This document shows positions 37,038 to 47,972 of a stretch of 64,000 nucleotides of DNA, in pieces. Source of the stretch: Sodaliphilus sp. (lineage in GTDB: Bacteria; Bacteroidota; Bacteroidia; Bacteroidales; Muribaculaceae); the NCBI GenBank assembly GCA_041815985.1, contig JBGYAB010000022.1:4796-68795 (forward strand). Direction: 5' to 3'. Positions within the stretch are counted from its first letter, which is position 1. The number at the start of each line of letters is the position of its first letter. Both the position numbers and the translations under genes were made by a program. The notes beneath the pieces were generated by a model. The model was not told the origin of the DNA and searched no databases. It was given only the letters and a program-made list of their open reading frames with translations.

Positions 37038-37622
37038 ATGTTTGACTATATTTCAGGTTCTATTGCCGAGCTTACTCCTGCCTATGCAGTCGTCGACAAT
37101 CATGGAATGGGGTACATGATTAATATTTCTTTAACCACCTACAATGAACTTCAACTTCTTAAAGGCGAAGTGAGACTCTATGTGCACGAAGCTATTCGCG
37201 AAGATGCCCATGTGCTTTATGGATTTCATGCCAAGCGAGAACGCGAAGTTTTTTTGTTGTTGATCAGTGTATCGGGTGTGGGGCCTAATACCGCACGCAT
37301 GATTTTGTCGGCGTTACCTCCTGCCGACTTGGAACAAAGCATTGCAACTGGCAATGTGGGTGTTCTTAAAGCGGTGAAAGGGATAGGGGCAAAAACGGCT
37401 CAACGCATAATTGTTGATCTCAAAGATAAAATAAAAGCACCTGCCGGTGCGTTAATAGATAAGAGCCAAACCGCAGGAGAGGTGTACGAAGAAGCTCTTG
37501 CCGCTCTTGTCATGCTTGGTTTCACGCAGCAAATGTCGCAAAAGGCCTTGAAACGGCTTTTTGCCCGAGAACCATTATTAACGGTTGAAGATGCTGTGAG
37601 AAAAGCATTGAAAATGATGTAA
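37038..37622 (+). CDS. ruvA: Holliday junction branch migration complex subunit RuvA
   Basis: 194 aa. MFDYISGSIAEL N-terminus and HhH motifs SVSGVGPNTARMILS / VKGIGAKTAQRII. Confidence 0.95.
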   Translation: MFDYISGSIAELTPAYAVVDNHGMGYMINISLTTYNELQLLKGEVRLYVHEAIREDAHVLYGFHAKREREVFLLLISVSGVGPNTARMILSALPPADLEQSIATGNVGVLKAVKGIGAKTAQRIIVDLKDKIKAPAGALIDKSQTAGEVYEEALAALVMLGFTQQMSQKALKRLFAREPLLTVEDAVRKALKMM

Positions 37623-37665
37623 TTATGTTTCGATGCTTCATTTAGAAACTATATTGAATTAATAG

Positions 37666-40600
37666 ATGTCGATTAGACGGAATTATAGTAAAATATCATT
37701 TACTCTGTTTGCTTGCTTAATAGGTTTCTATTTTGCAACGTCTGTTTCTTCTTATGCTCAAGACAAGAAGTTTGAAACAAAAATAACTCCTCCACCTTCG
37801 GTTCCCGATATTAGAAAAGGAAATGGCAATGACACCATCAAGTTGCCCTACGGCGTTAAGGACAAGTTGTCAAATGCCTACGGAGACATTCGATTGGTGA
37901 ATGATGCCACCGATTTGAAAAATCCCGGCAATGTCACAACCACAGCCGAGTTTGACCCCGAAACGGGTTATTATATCATACACACCCGCATAGGCGACAA
38001 CGACATCATAACTCCATTTTTGCTTTCTCCGCAAGAGTATAACGACATTGCCCTTAGGCAGTCTATGCAAGAATATTATCGGCAAAAAATGTCGGAATCT
38101 ATTGAGAAAAAGAAAGACGAACCTTTCAATTTCTTGGATATGCAATTTGGCTTAGGCCCTTTGGAGTCGGTGTTTGGCCCCGGTGGCGTACAGCTCAAGA
38201 CTCAAGGTTCTGTAACCATCAACATGGGAGTTAAAAGCAATAAAACAGACAACCCGGCATTGTCGGTTGCCGCCCGCCGTAAAACCTATTTCGATTTCGA
38301 CCAGAAAATTCAAGCAACAGTTGCCGCATCGGTTGGCGACAAAATGAAGTTTAACATGACTTATAACACCGATGCTACTTTTGAATTTGATAACAAGAAC
38401 CTTAAACTTGCCTACGAAGGCAAGGAAGATGAAATCATCAAAAACATCGAGGCCGGCAACGTGAGCATGACCACCGGGTCATCACTCATTAGGGGTAGTG
38501 CGGCACTGTTTGGCATCAAGACCAAGTTGCAATTCGGCAAACTCACCGCAACAGCATTGGTTTCTCAACAAAATTCAGAATCACAAACTGTTAATACCAA
38601 AGGTGGTTCTCAAACGACTCCATTCTATGTGACCGCTGACAATTATGACCAAAACCGTCACTTTTTCTTGTCACATTTTTTCCGCGACAACTACGACAAT
38701 TGGTGCTCACGCCTACCGTTGGTGTCTTCGGGAGTGAATATTAATCGATTGGAAGTTTGGGTAACCAACAAGCGTGGCAACTTTAACGAATCGCGCAATA
38801 TTTTAGCTTTTATGGACGCAGGAGAGAACAAGCGGCTTGCAAGCGACCATTGGGTGCCCAACCTTGCAGCCGACAACCCATCGAACTCCTCAAACAATGA
38901 ATTGGAAGAAATAAAAACCAACTATCCCGAGGCTCGTTATATCGACAAGGTTGCTACAGCTTTGCAACCGCTCGAAGCCTATGGCATTCAAGGAGGTCAG
39001 GATTATGAAAAGGTGGAGAGTGCGCGCTTGTTGTCGTCTTCGGAGTACACCTTGAACAGTGCGTTAGGCTATATTTCGCTTAACACGGCACTGAATGCCG
39101 ATGAAGTTCTTGCAGTTGCCTACCAATACACCTATCGTGGCAAAACCTATCAAGTGGGTGAGTTCTCGGGCGACATCGACAGCACTTCGCAATCTCTTTA
39201 TGTGAAAATGCTGAAAGGCACAACCGCTTCGCCTGCAAAGCCCATGTGGGACTTGATGATGAAAAACGTTTATTCCTTAGGAGCCTATCAAGTGTCTAAA
39301 ACTAATTTTAAACTGAATATCAAGTATTTGAGCGATACCACCGGCACCGAGTTAAACTATGTTCCTGCCGGCAACATCAATGGCACACCATTGCTCCAAG
39401 TCATGAATCTCGATCGGTTAGATGCCAATAACGAACGAAACATCGACGGTCGCTTTGACTATATTGAAAATTACACCGTCAACAGCTCAAAAGGTAAAGT
39501 GATATTCCCTGTTGTAGAACCATTTGGTTCGCACCTTTACAGCAAGATGGGAGGAGGGGCTATTGCTGACCGTTATGTTTTTCAAGAACTTTATGATTCT
39601 ACCTTGACCGTAGCTCGGTTGTATTCCGACAAGAACAAGTTTGTGCTCGAAGGCGAGTATCAGGCATCATCGGGCAATGTCATCAAGCTCAATGCCATGA
39701 ATGTGCCACGAGGTTCGGTTGTGGTGACTGCCGGCGGTGTGACTTTGACCGAGAATAGCGACTATACCGTCGATTACAGCATGGGAACGGTGACGATTAC
39801 CAACCAAAGCATCATCGATGCCGGCACCAGCATCAGCGTGTCGATGGAAAATCAATCGATGTTCAACACCCAACGCAAAACTTTGATGGGATTGGACTTG
39901 AACTATGCTTTCAACAAGAATTTTCATGTTGGCGGAACTATCATGCACTATGGCGAAAAAGCTTTGACCGAAAAAGTGTCGATTGGCGATGAACTTGTGA
40001 ACAACACCATTTGGGGAGCTAACGTATCCTATAATTCCAATTTCATGTGGCTCACCAATTTGCTCAACAAAATTCCCACAGTAAATGCAACTGCCCCCTC
40101 TTCGTTGAACTTTACCGGGGAGTTTGCACAATTAATTCCGCATCAGGCTTCTACCGGCTCTAATGCCGGCAGTTCCTACATCGATGATTTTGAATCGACA
40201 CAATCGGGCATCGACCTCCGTTCTCCTTATTCATGGTTTTTAGCATCGACACCCTATGATGGCAGTGCCAACGCTTTGTTTCCCGAAGCTGCACTTTCAG
40301 ACAACATTGATTATGGTAAAAATCGTGCTCTGCTTTCATGGTACTATATCGATCGTTTGTTTACTCAGCGCAATTCTTCTTATGCTCCCGGCTACATTAA
40401 GAATGATCTTGACCAACTGTCGAACCCGTATGTTCGTGAAATTCCTTACAGTGAAGTTTTTCCCGGACGCGAATTGAACTATGGCGAATCTTCGATGATT
40501 CAAACCCTAAACCTGTCGTATTACCCTTCGGAACGCGGCCCTTATAACCTCGATGCTGCCAACATTGCTCCCGATGGCAACCTCTTAAATCCCGAGAAAC

Positions 40601-43600
40601 GATGGGGAGGCATCATGCGCAAACTCGATAACACCAATTTTGAGTCATCTAATATTGAATATATCCAGTTTTGGCTACTCGATCCATTTCTTGATGAAAC
40701 GGCCGATAATAAAGAAGGCGGTGATTTCTACATCAACTTGGGTGAAGTGAGTGAAGATATTTTGAAAGATGGATTGAAAGCCTATGAAAACGGATTGCCC
40801 ACCGATGGCAGTTCCTCCTATATCAAGAATACGACATGGGGCAAGGTGTCGTCACAAACGTCCTTAACCTATGCTTTCGACACCTCTTCGGGCTCTCGCA
40901 TTGTGCAAGACGTGGGCTTGAATGGCTTGTCGACCGAAGAAGAGAAAAACTTTTCGACCTATAAAAACTTTGTTGACCGCCTGCGTCAAACCTTGCCTTC
41001 GACAACCATTGCAGAAATGGAAGCCAATCCGTTCTCGCCAATCAACGACCCGGCCGGCGATAACTATCATTTCTATCGTGGCTATGACTATGATGAACAA
41101 AAAATGTCCATTCTCGACCGATACAAGCATTATAATGGAACAGAGGGCAACTCTCTCTCACAAGACGATGCACGAGAAGCACTCTACCAGTCGGCACGTA
41201 GTGTGCCCGATGTCGAAGACATCAATCAGGACAACACGTTGAACGAGTATGAACGCTATTTCCAATATCGCATTTCCATTCGTCCCGAAGACTTGGTTGT
41301 TGGCAAAAACTACATTGTCGATAAGCACACCACAAAACTTTCTACTCGCAATGGGCAAAATAAAGAAGTAACGTGGTATCAGTTCAGCATTCCGTTGAGT
41401 GAATATGAAAAAGTGGTTGGTTCGTTGAGCGATTTCTCTACAATCCGCTTTATTCGCATGTTCATGACCAACTTCAAGAAACCCACTCACCTGCGTTTTG
41501 CAACACTTGAACTTGTGCGTGGCGAGTGGCGTAATTATGGTTATGACTTAAATCAAAACGGCAATGTTCCTGCCCGAGGTGCAATCACGGTGAATGCGGT
41601 TAATATTGAAGAAAATGCCAGTCGCGAGCCGGTGAACTATGTGCTTCCTCCCGGTGTGAATCGCATTGTCGACTCGGGACAATCGCAAATTACCCAACTC
41701 AACGAACAGTCGATGCAAATGAAAGTCGAGGGCTTGCTCTCGGGCGATGCTCGTGGCGTATATCGCAACACAAGTCTTGACCTGCGCACCTATAAACGCT
41801 TGCAAATGTTTGTACACAACGAGGCATTTATCGACGATGCAACCTCACTGAGCAATGGTGACGTTTCGGTGTTTGTGCGATTGGGTACAGATATCAAGAA
41901 CAATTACTACGAATATGAAATTCCATTGACGGTAACTGCGCCCAACAGTCATTATAGCACCAACAGCTCGGCCGACCGGTTGAAGGTGTGGCCGGAAGAA
42001 AACATGCTTGATATTGACCTGGGAGTTCTCACCGGAGTGAAGAAAAACCGCAATGCCGCCAAGATGGCAGGCCAAGCCGATGTGTCTTACGGCTCTCGAT
42101 ATACCGAACAAGATCCTTCTCACCCCAACGACAGGATAACCGTGAGGGGCAACCCATCGTTGAGCGATGTGAGGGTGATGATGATTGGTGTGAGAAACAA
42201 CTCCAATGCCACCAAGAATTGCGTGGTGTGGGTCGACGAACTACGTGTGACCGACTTTGACCAAGAAGGCGGTTGGGCGGCAAAGGTCAATGCTAACTTG
42301 AATTTGAGCGACATTGGCACGGTGAACTTCGGTTTCCACAAAGAAACCACAGGATTTGGTTCTGTCGACCAGAGTTTGACACAACGCCGCCTCGACAACT
42401 ACGATCAAGTGAACGTCGCCGTGCAGGTAGACATGGGACGTTTCCTTCCCGAGAAAGTGAAGTTGAAAGCTCCGGTCTATTATTCTTATACAAACGAAAA
42501 GACTACGCCAAAATACAATCCGCTCGATCAAGACGTGCTGTTGAAAGATGCCATTGAGGCTTGCAACACCAAGGCGCAAAAAGATTCAATCAACGATTAT
42601 GCCTTAGTGCGCCACACGGTTCAAAGTTTCTCTGTATCGGGGTTGAAGTTTGATGTAAAGAGTAAAAATCCCATGCCTTGGGATCCTGCCAATTTCACGT
42701 TCAGCTATTCGTTTAACAAGCAGCACACGAGTGACCCTAATAATGTGTATGAGAACACCAACGATTATCGCGGTAGTTTTCAATACAGTTGGACGCCCTA
42801 TGCCAAACCGTTCAGGCCGTTCAAAAAATTGATTAAGGAAAAGAACAAGCACATGAAATTTTTCAGAGAATGGGAATTTCTTTGGTTGCCGGCCTCTATT
42901 GCATTTAACAGCAACATCTCGCGCTACTACTACGAACAGCAAACTCGCAATTCTACCGATGTCAACATTGAGTTGCCGGTGTCGGTGAGTAAGAATTTCT
43001 TGTGGGATCGTCAGTTTGCATTGTCGTGGAACTTTACGAAATCATTATCGGTTTCACTGAACACCAACACCACGGCTCACATTCTCGAACCGGTGGGGCA
43101 GGTGAACAAGCAACTTTTCCCCGATGCTTATCGTGATTGGAAAGACTCGGTGTTGACCAGCATAAAACATTTGGGCACGCCGTGGGCCTACAACCAAACG
43201 TTTACGGCTTCTTATAGGGCACCTTTCAACAGTATTCCGATTTTGAGTTTTATTTCGGCCAATGCAACCTACAATGCAACCTATAATTGGGATCGTGGAA
43301 CAACGGTAGACGATGTGTTTGCCGGAAACACGATTGCCAATCAAGCTTCGTTCAATTTTGATACCCGCCTGAGCATGGAGCAACTCTACAACAAAATTCC
43401 GTATTTAAGAGAGGTGAACAAGCGTTTCTCCAACAGCGGCAGCAAGCGTCAGGGGCAAAACCAAAACAGCAAGGAACCCAAGAAGAAACCCAAAAAGTTT
43501 GATCGCACATTCAAGCTGTCCAACGACTCATCTATCGTCATCAGTCACAACATGAATGTGGATAAAGTGCGTGTCACAGCTACCACAACCGATGGAAAAC

Positions 43601-45147
43601 GTTTCCCTGTGAAATTCAAGGTGAAAGATAAAAATAGCATTGAAATTGAAAATAGGGGAGACCAAAACATCAAGTTTGTCATCACCGAAATCCAGAAGAT
43701 TGAAAAGAAGACTTTCCTTGATGAATTTGCACAATATGCGGCTCGTTTTGTGATGAGCACAAGGAGCGTGAGCGTGAGATTTCGCAACACTCGGCAACTT
43801 TCATTGCCACAATTCATTCCCAATGTGGGCGATGTCTTCGGGCAAAATAATCACTACGATGTGATGGCTCCGGGACTTGACTTTGCTTTTGGTTTGACCG
43901 ATGAAAGCTACATTGAAAAAGCACGCGACCGAGGGTGGTTGTTGCGTGATGAAAACATGACCAGTCCTGCCATTTTCAGCCGAACGCAAGAGTTCAACGC
44001 CGAGGTGCAGCTCGAACCGATTCGCGGGCTTAAAATCACCTTGACCGGCAACCGCACCGACAATCGCACCAATCAAGTGCAGTTCATGTTCGACGACATG
44101 ACTACACTTTATTCCGGCAGCTATACCAAAACGCACATGGCCATTAAAACGGCCTTGCGCAGGGTGAGTAGCGACAACAATTATGAAAGTGCGGCTTTCG
44201 CTCAATTTTTGACCAATATTCCCATTGTTGCCGGCAGAATACAATCGCAGTATCATGGGCGTAATTATCCTAATGCAGGATTTATTGCCGGTACGGTCTA
44301 TGCCGGGCAACCATTTAGCGACACCAACGGTTCGGTCAGCTCCACCAGTAGCGATGTGCTCATTCCGGCTTTCTTGGCAGCCTATTCGGGCAAGAGTGCC
44401 AAAAACGTTTCTCTAAGTCCTTTTCCGGGATTGAAAGATATCATGCCAAACTGGCGAGTAACCTACGATGGCTTGACAAAAATTCCATTCTTCAAAAAGC
44501 ATTTCAAGAGCTTTACGCTCAATCATGCCTATCAGTGCACCTATTCTGTTGGTTCTTTCTCAAGCTATAGCGATTGGGTGGCAATCGGGCAAGGGCTTGG
44601 ATTTACCCAAGATGCTTTGACGGGCAACCCGGTGCCTTCTTCGCCCTACAACATTTCATCGGTCACCATCACCGAGAAGTTTGCACCATTGATAGGCTTG
44701 AATGCAACGCTAAGTAACAACATGACGTTTAATTGTGAGTATCGCGACAGTCGCACTCTTTCGTTGAACTCTTCGGCCGGTCAGCTTGTTGAAGCATTGT
44801 CCAAATCGTTTGTGATGGGTGCCGGCTACAAGATTGCCGATTTTAATTCTGTTTTGAAAATCAGGAAAAAACAGCAAGGCGTGAGCAATGATCTCACGTT
44901 AAATCTCGACTTCCAGTTGAGCAACAACACGGCATTAATACGAAAAATTGAGACCAACACGGCACAGGCAACAAGTGGTACACGCACATTGAGCTTTAAT
45001 TTTACTGCAAATTATGTGATGAGTAAGCGTGTGACCATCGGTGCATTCTTTGACCATCAGGTCAATACACCATTGGTTTCTACAAGTGCCTATCCCACGA
45101 CAAGCAGTAACTTTGGTCTCTCTTTTAACATGAACCTTGCCAAGTGA
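37666..45147 (+). CDS. sprA: type IX secretion system translocon SprA (Sov)
   Basis: 2493 aa giant outer-membrane protein with a signal peptide. The size, beta-strand-rich composition and ruvA-adjacent position are characteristic of Bacteroidota sprA. Confidence 0.9.
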   Translation: MSIRRNYSKISFTLFACLIGFYFATSVSSYAQDKKFETKITPPPSVPDIRKGNGNDTIKLPYGVKDKLSNAYGDIRLVNDATDLKNPGNVTTTAEFDPETGYYIIHTRIGDNDIITPFLLSPQEYNDIALRQSMQEYYRQKMSESIEKKKDEPFNFLDMQFGLGPLESVFGPGGVQLKTQGSVTINMGVKSNKTDNPALSVAARRKTYFDFDQKIQATVAASVGDKMKFNMTYNTDATFEFDNKNLKLAYEGKEDEIIKNIEAGNVSMTTGSSLIRGSAALFGIKTKLQFGKLTATALVSQQNSESQTVNTKGGSQTTPFYVTADNYDQNRHFFLSHFFRDNYDNWCSRLPLVSSGVNINRLEVWVTNKRGNFNESRNILAFMDAGENKRLASDHWVPNLAADNPSNSSNNELEEIKTNYPEARYIDKVATALQPLEAYGIQGGQDYEKVESARLLSSSEYTLNSALGYISLNTALNADEVLAVAYQYTYRGKTYQVGEFSGDIDSTSQSLYVKMLKGTTASPAKPMWDLMMKNVYSLGAYQVSKTNFKLNIKYLSDTTGTELNYVPAGNINGTPLLQVMNLDRLDANNERNIDGRFDYIENYTVNSSKGKVIFPVVEPFGSHLYSKMGGGAIADRYVFQELYDSTLTVARLYSDKNKFVLEGEYQASSGNVIKLNAMNVPRGSVVVTAGGVTLTENSDYTVDYSMGTVTITNQSIIDAGTSISVSMENQSMFNTQRKTLMGLDLNYAFNKNFHVGGTIMHYGEKALTEKVSIGDELVNNTIWGANVSYNSNFMWLTNLLNKIPTVNATAPSSLNFTGEFAQLIPHQASTGSNAGSSYIDDFESTQSGIDLRSPYSWFLASTPYDGSANALFPEAALSDNIDYGKNRALLSWYYIDRLFTQRNSSYAPGYIKNDLDQLSNPYVREIPYSEVFPGRELNYGESSMIQTLNLSYYPSERGPYNLDAANIAPDGNLLNPEKRWGGIMRKLDNTNFESSNIEYIQFWLLDPFLDETADNKEGGDFYINLGEVSEDILKDGLKAYENGLPTDGSSSYIKNTTWGKVSSQTSLTYAFDTSSGSRIVQDVGLNGLSTEEEKNFSTYKNFVDRLRQTLPSTTIAEMEANPFSPINDPAGDNYHFYRGYDYDEQKMSILDRYKHYNGTEGNSLSQDDAREALYQSARSVPDVEDINQDNTLNEYERYFQYRISIRPEDLVVGKNYIVDKHTTKLSTRNGQNKEVTWYQFSIPLSEYEKVVGSLSDFSTIRFIRMFMTNFKKPTHLRFATLELVRGEWRNYGYDLNQNGNVPARGAITVNAVNIEENASREPVNYVLPPGVNRIVDSGQSQITQLNEQSMQMKVEGLLSGDARGVYRNTSLDLRTYKRLQMFVHNEAFIDDATSLSNGDVSVFVRLGTDIKNNYYEYEIPLTVTAPNSHYSTNSSADRLKVWPEENMLDIDLGVLTGVKKNRNAAKMAGQADVSYGSRYTEQDPSHPNDRITVRGNPSLSDVRVMMIGVRNNSNATKNCVVWVDELRVTDFDQEGGWAAKVNANLNLSDIGTVNFGFHKETTGFGSVDQSLTQRRLDNYDQVNVAVQVDMGRFLPEKVKLKAPVYYSYTNEKTTPKYNPLDQDVLLKDAIEACNTKAQKDSINDYALVRHTVQSFSVSGLKFDVKSKNPMPWDPANFTFSYSFNKQHTSDPNNVYENTNDYRGSFQYSWTPYAKPFRPFKKLIKEKNKHMKFFREWEFLWLPASIAFNSNISRYYYEQQTRNSTDVNIELPVSVSKNFLWDRQFALSWNFTKSLSVSLNTNTTAHILEPVGQVNKQLFPDAYRDWKDSVLTSIKHLGTPWAYNQTFTASYRAPFNSIPILSFISANATYNATYNWDRGTTVDDVFAGNTIANQASFNFDTRLSMEQLYNKIPYLREVNKRFSNSGSKRQGQNQNSKEPKKKPKKFDRTFKLSNDSSIVISHNMNVDKVRVTATTTDGKRFPVKFKVKDKNSIEIENRGDQNIKFVITEIQKIEKKTFLDEFAQYAARFVMSTRSVSVRFRNTRQLSLPQFIPNVGDVFGQNNHYDVMAPGLDFAFGLTDESYIEKARDRGWLLRDENMTSPAIFSRTQEFNAEVQLEPIRGLKITLTGNRTDNRTNQVQFMFDDMTTLYSGSYTKTHMAIKTALRRVSSDNNYESAAFAQFLTNIPIVAGRIQSQYHGRNYPNAGFIAGTVYAGQPFSDTNGSVSSTSSDVLIPAFLAAYSGKSAKNVSLSPFPGLKDIMPNWRVTYDGLTKIPFFKKHFKSFTLNHAYQCTYSVGSFSSYSDWVAIGQGLGFTQDALTGNPVPSSPYNISSVTITEKFAPLIGLNATLSNNMTFNCEYRDSRTLSLNSSAGQLVEALSKSFVMGAGYKIADFNSVLKIRKKQQGVSNDLTLNLDFQLSNNTALIRKIETNTAQATSGTRTLSFNFTANYVMSKRVTIGAFFDHQVNTPLVSTSAYPTTSSNFGLSFNMNLAK

Positions 45148-45234
45148 TGCCACTTGTTGATGCTTGAGGCTGTTTTTTGTAATGACCCCATATAAGTTGT
45201 TGCGATGAAACAATTTTTTTTCCTATAATTTTGT

Positions 45235-45242
45235 TATATTTG
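45235..45242 (+). promoter_or_regulatory. candidate -7 promoter box (TATATTTG)
   Basis: Exact TAnnTTTG 57 nt upstream of the ATG at 45300. Confidence 0.4.
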
Positions 45243-45299
45243 CATGATTTTAGGAGGCAGCATGTCTCATGACTTTCTATTAACCAAAACATCAGAAAA

Positions 45300-45674
45300 A
45301 TGGATGAAATTTTAATGAAGAAGTTGAGGAAAGACCCTAACGGTTTAATGACCTATGAGTATATTGCAAACAATATAGGCCACATCGATCAAGAAATGCC
45401 CGAGCTGGTTGACAATATTATTGCAGTCGACTCCACCGGGCAATTTGTGGTCAGCACTGCACGTTATCTTCATGCCATTGACCCAAAGAAATATGCCACT
45501 TGCATCGATGCGCTCATCAAGGCAGCCATAGCTCGTGATCGCGAGCATGTTTATTTGGGAGATCTTGCCGCCACAATATGGGGGCAAGATTACAAAGAAC
45601 GGGCAGTTGAGTTGAGTGCTCAAGACGATAATTTTCGCCGCATCTACAAGCGTCTTTATCCTGTTGGAATTTGA
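45300..45674 (+). CDS. hypothetical cytoplasmic protein (124 aa)
   Basis: Clean ORF with its own promoter-like box. No signal peptide and no motif that I recognise. Confidence 0.5.
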   Translation: MDEILMKKLRKDPNGLMTYEYIANNIGHIDQEMPELVDNIIAVDSTGQFVVSTARYLHAIDPKKYATCIDALIKAAIARDREHVYLGDLAATIWGQDYKERAVELSAQDDNFRRIYKRLYPVGI

Positions 45675-45719
45675 CACCGTTTTTTAAATTCATCACCGAA
45701 CATTATCTTTTTTTGTTAT

Positions 45720-46568
45720 ATGCATAATCTTACACGTATAATCGTTTTGTTGCTATCTCTTACTTCGGTAGCTTGCCTTTCGGCATCGGCACAAAACACT
45801 AAATTAAGTAATAAATTGGAACAGAACACTAAAGTCTTGCTCGAGACTTCTATGGGCAACATCACTGTTGCTCTCTACAACGAGACACCGTTGCATCGTG
45901 ATAATTTTGTTAAGTTGGTCAACGAGGGATACTACGATGGCGTGCTTTTTCATCGTGTCATCAAGGATTTTATGATCCAAACTGGGGATCCCAATTCAAA
46001 AACTGCCGACTCTACGGCAATGCTTGGCGAGGGCGATCCCGGTTACACCATTCCTGCCGAAATCAAGTTTCCCGAATGCTATCACAAACGTGGTGCACTA
46101 GCAGCTGCCCGCACCTCCGATCAAGTAAATCCCGGTCGCAGGAGTAGCGGTTCGCAGTTCTATATCGTAACGGGTCGCGTTTACTCCCATCAAGACATCG
46201 GCATGACCGAAATGAAGCTGGCATCTGCCATGAAGCAGAATATTTTCACTCGTTTAGTAGACTTGAAAAAGGATTTAGTACAGGCATTAATTGCAAAAAA
46301 TGACACAGCTGCTGTCGAAGATTTGCAAAACGACATCGTTGCTCAAACCGAAGCCGAATATTCGATGAAACCTGCTCGCTACACCGATGAGATGAAAAAA
46401 ATCTACACTACAGTTGGTGGTACTCCTTTCCTTGATGCCCGGTACACTGTTTTTGGTGAAGTGCTGGAAGGTATGGACGTGGTGGATCGCATTCAGCAAG
46501 TTGCCACCGGCAATGCCGATCGCCCCATTGAAGATGTGAAAATCGTCAAGGCAACCATTGTTAAGTGA
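45720..46568 (+). CDS. cyclophilin-type peptidyl-prolyl cis-trans isomerase, secreted
   Basis: 282 aa. Signal peptide, FHRVIKDFMIQTGDP and SQFYIV cyclophilin motifs, and an inserted helical segment. Confidence 0.9.
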   Translation: MHNLTRIIVLLLSLTSVACLSASAQNTKLSNKLEQNTKVLLETSMGNITVALYNETPLHRDNFVKLVNEGYYDGVLFHRVIKDFMIQTGDPNSKTADSTAMLGEGDPGYTIPAEIKFPECYHKRGALAAARTSDQVNPGRRSSGSQFYIVTGRVYSHQDIGMTEMKLASAMKQNIFTRLVDLKKDLVQALIAKNDTAAVEDLQNDIVAQTEAEYSMKPARYTDEMKKIYTTVGGTPFLDARYTVFGEVLEGMDVVDRIQQVATGNADRPIEDVKIVKATIVK

Positions 46569-46631
46569 GCATAAACCATTCTGATTTTTCAGCAGAATGC
46601 GCTTTGTCTTTGACCGACAATCAAACAACAG

Positions 46632-47873
46632 ATGATTTCTGTAAACACTCATAAACTAAAAAATGGCCTCCGTTTGTTGCACCACTACGATGATGCTACT
46701 CAAATGGTGGCCGTCAACCTTCTATATGATGTTGGTTCCCGTGATGAACAACCGGGTAAAACCGGACTTGCCCACCTCATGGAACACTTGATGTTCACCG
46801 GTTCAACGAATGCACCCGGCTTCGATGCCGCATTACAAGCGGCAGGAGGCGAGAGCAATGCTTGGACCAATGTTGACATGACCAACTTCTACGAAACCCT
46901 TCCGGCTCACAATGTGGAAACAGCCTTTTGGCTGGAATCTGATCGATTGCTCAACTTGTCGCTTTCGCACGAGAGCATTACCACACAAAAGAGTGTGGTA
47001 ATAGAGGAGTTTAAACAGCGTTGCCTGAATGTGCCCTACGGCGACTTGGTGCACATTGTAAATCGTTTGGCATTCACCAACCACCCCTATCGCTGGCCAA
47101 CGATAGGGGCAAAAATCGAAGACATTGAAAATGTGTCTTCACAAGAAATTTTAGATTTCTTTCATCGACATTATGCGGTGAATAACCTCATTTTGTGTGT
47201 GTCGGGTCATATCGACTTTGAACAAACTGTTTCTTTAGCACAAAAATGGTTTGGCTCCATACAGCCACGTGCGCTCAATCCAAGGAGATTGCCCGTGGAA
47301 CCACGGCAACAAGAACCGCGTTTTATGCAGATAGGGAACGCTGAAGTTCCGCAAGACTTAATTTACATGATTTATCACATGTGTGGACGTGGCGATGCCG
47401 ATTATCAAGCTTGTGATCAGTTGAGTGACATCTTGTCGAATGGAACGTCTTCGCGTTTCTATCGCAACATATTGGTGAAGACAGGATTGTTTACCGAACT
47501 TGATGCTTCAATAACGGGAACTTACGACCCCGGTTTATTCTTGATTAGAGGTCGCCTTGCCGAGGGTGTAGGCTTTGACGAAGCCAAAGCCGCTGTTGCA
47601 TTGGAACTCAGGCATCTGCTTGACCATGGAGTAACGGAACATGAACTGGAAAAATGCTCTAACAAATTCCAATCTTCCTCTTTGTTTGAAACTGTGGGCT
47701 ATGCCGAAAAAGCGGTGAAACTGTCTAAATATGAACTGTTGAACAAAGCAGAGGACATTAACTTCGAGATAGATAAATATCGAGCATTAACACCCGAACG
47801 CATCGGCACTGTGGCGACAAAATTGTTTGACGAGCGCAATTGTTCCACACTTTATTATGGTCCAAACGCTTAA
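46632..47873 (+). CDS. M16 family (pitrilysin-like) metallopeptidase
   Basis: 413 aa. Inverted zinc motif HLMEHLMF (HxxEH). Confidence 0.85.
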   Translation: MISVNTHKLKNGLRLLHHYDDATQMVAVNLLYDVGSRDEQPGKTGLAHLMEHLMFTGSTNAPGFDAALQAAGGESNAWTNVDMTNFYETLPAHNVETAFWLESDRLLNLSLSHESITTQKSVVIEEFKQRCLNVPYGDLVHIVNRLAFTNHPYRWPTIGAKIEDIENVSSQEILDFFHRHYAVNNLILCVSGHIDFEQTVSLAQKWFGSIQPRALNPRRLPVEPRQQEPRFMQIGNAEVPQDLIYMIYHMCGRGDADYQACDQLSDILSNGTSSRFYRNILVKTGLFTELDASITGTYDPGLFLIRGRLAEGVGFDEAKAAVALELRHLLDHGVTEHELEKCSNKFQSSSLFETVGYAEKAVKLSKYELLNKAEDINFEIDKYRALTPERIGTVATKLFDERNCSTLYYGPNA

Positions 47874-47972
47874 ATCACGAAGTTTCATGCTTTAATCTTG
47901 CTTTTAAAAAGCTTTTTTAATGCACTTATTCTAAAAAAAACATTTATTTTTTGACCAGATTTTTTTTTTTTG

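Noticed and set aside
45183-45200. gtaatgaccccatataag downstream of sprA shares taatgacc with the MITE terminus.
   Set aside because: Only 8-9 nt match. There is no partner inverted repeat and no core sequence. It is most likely chance.
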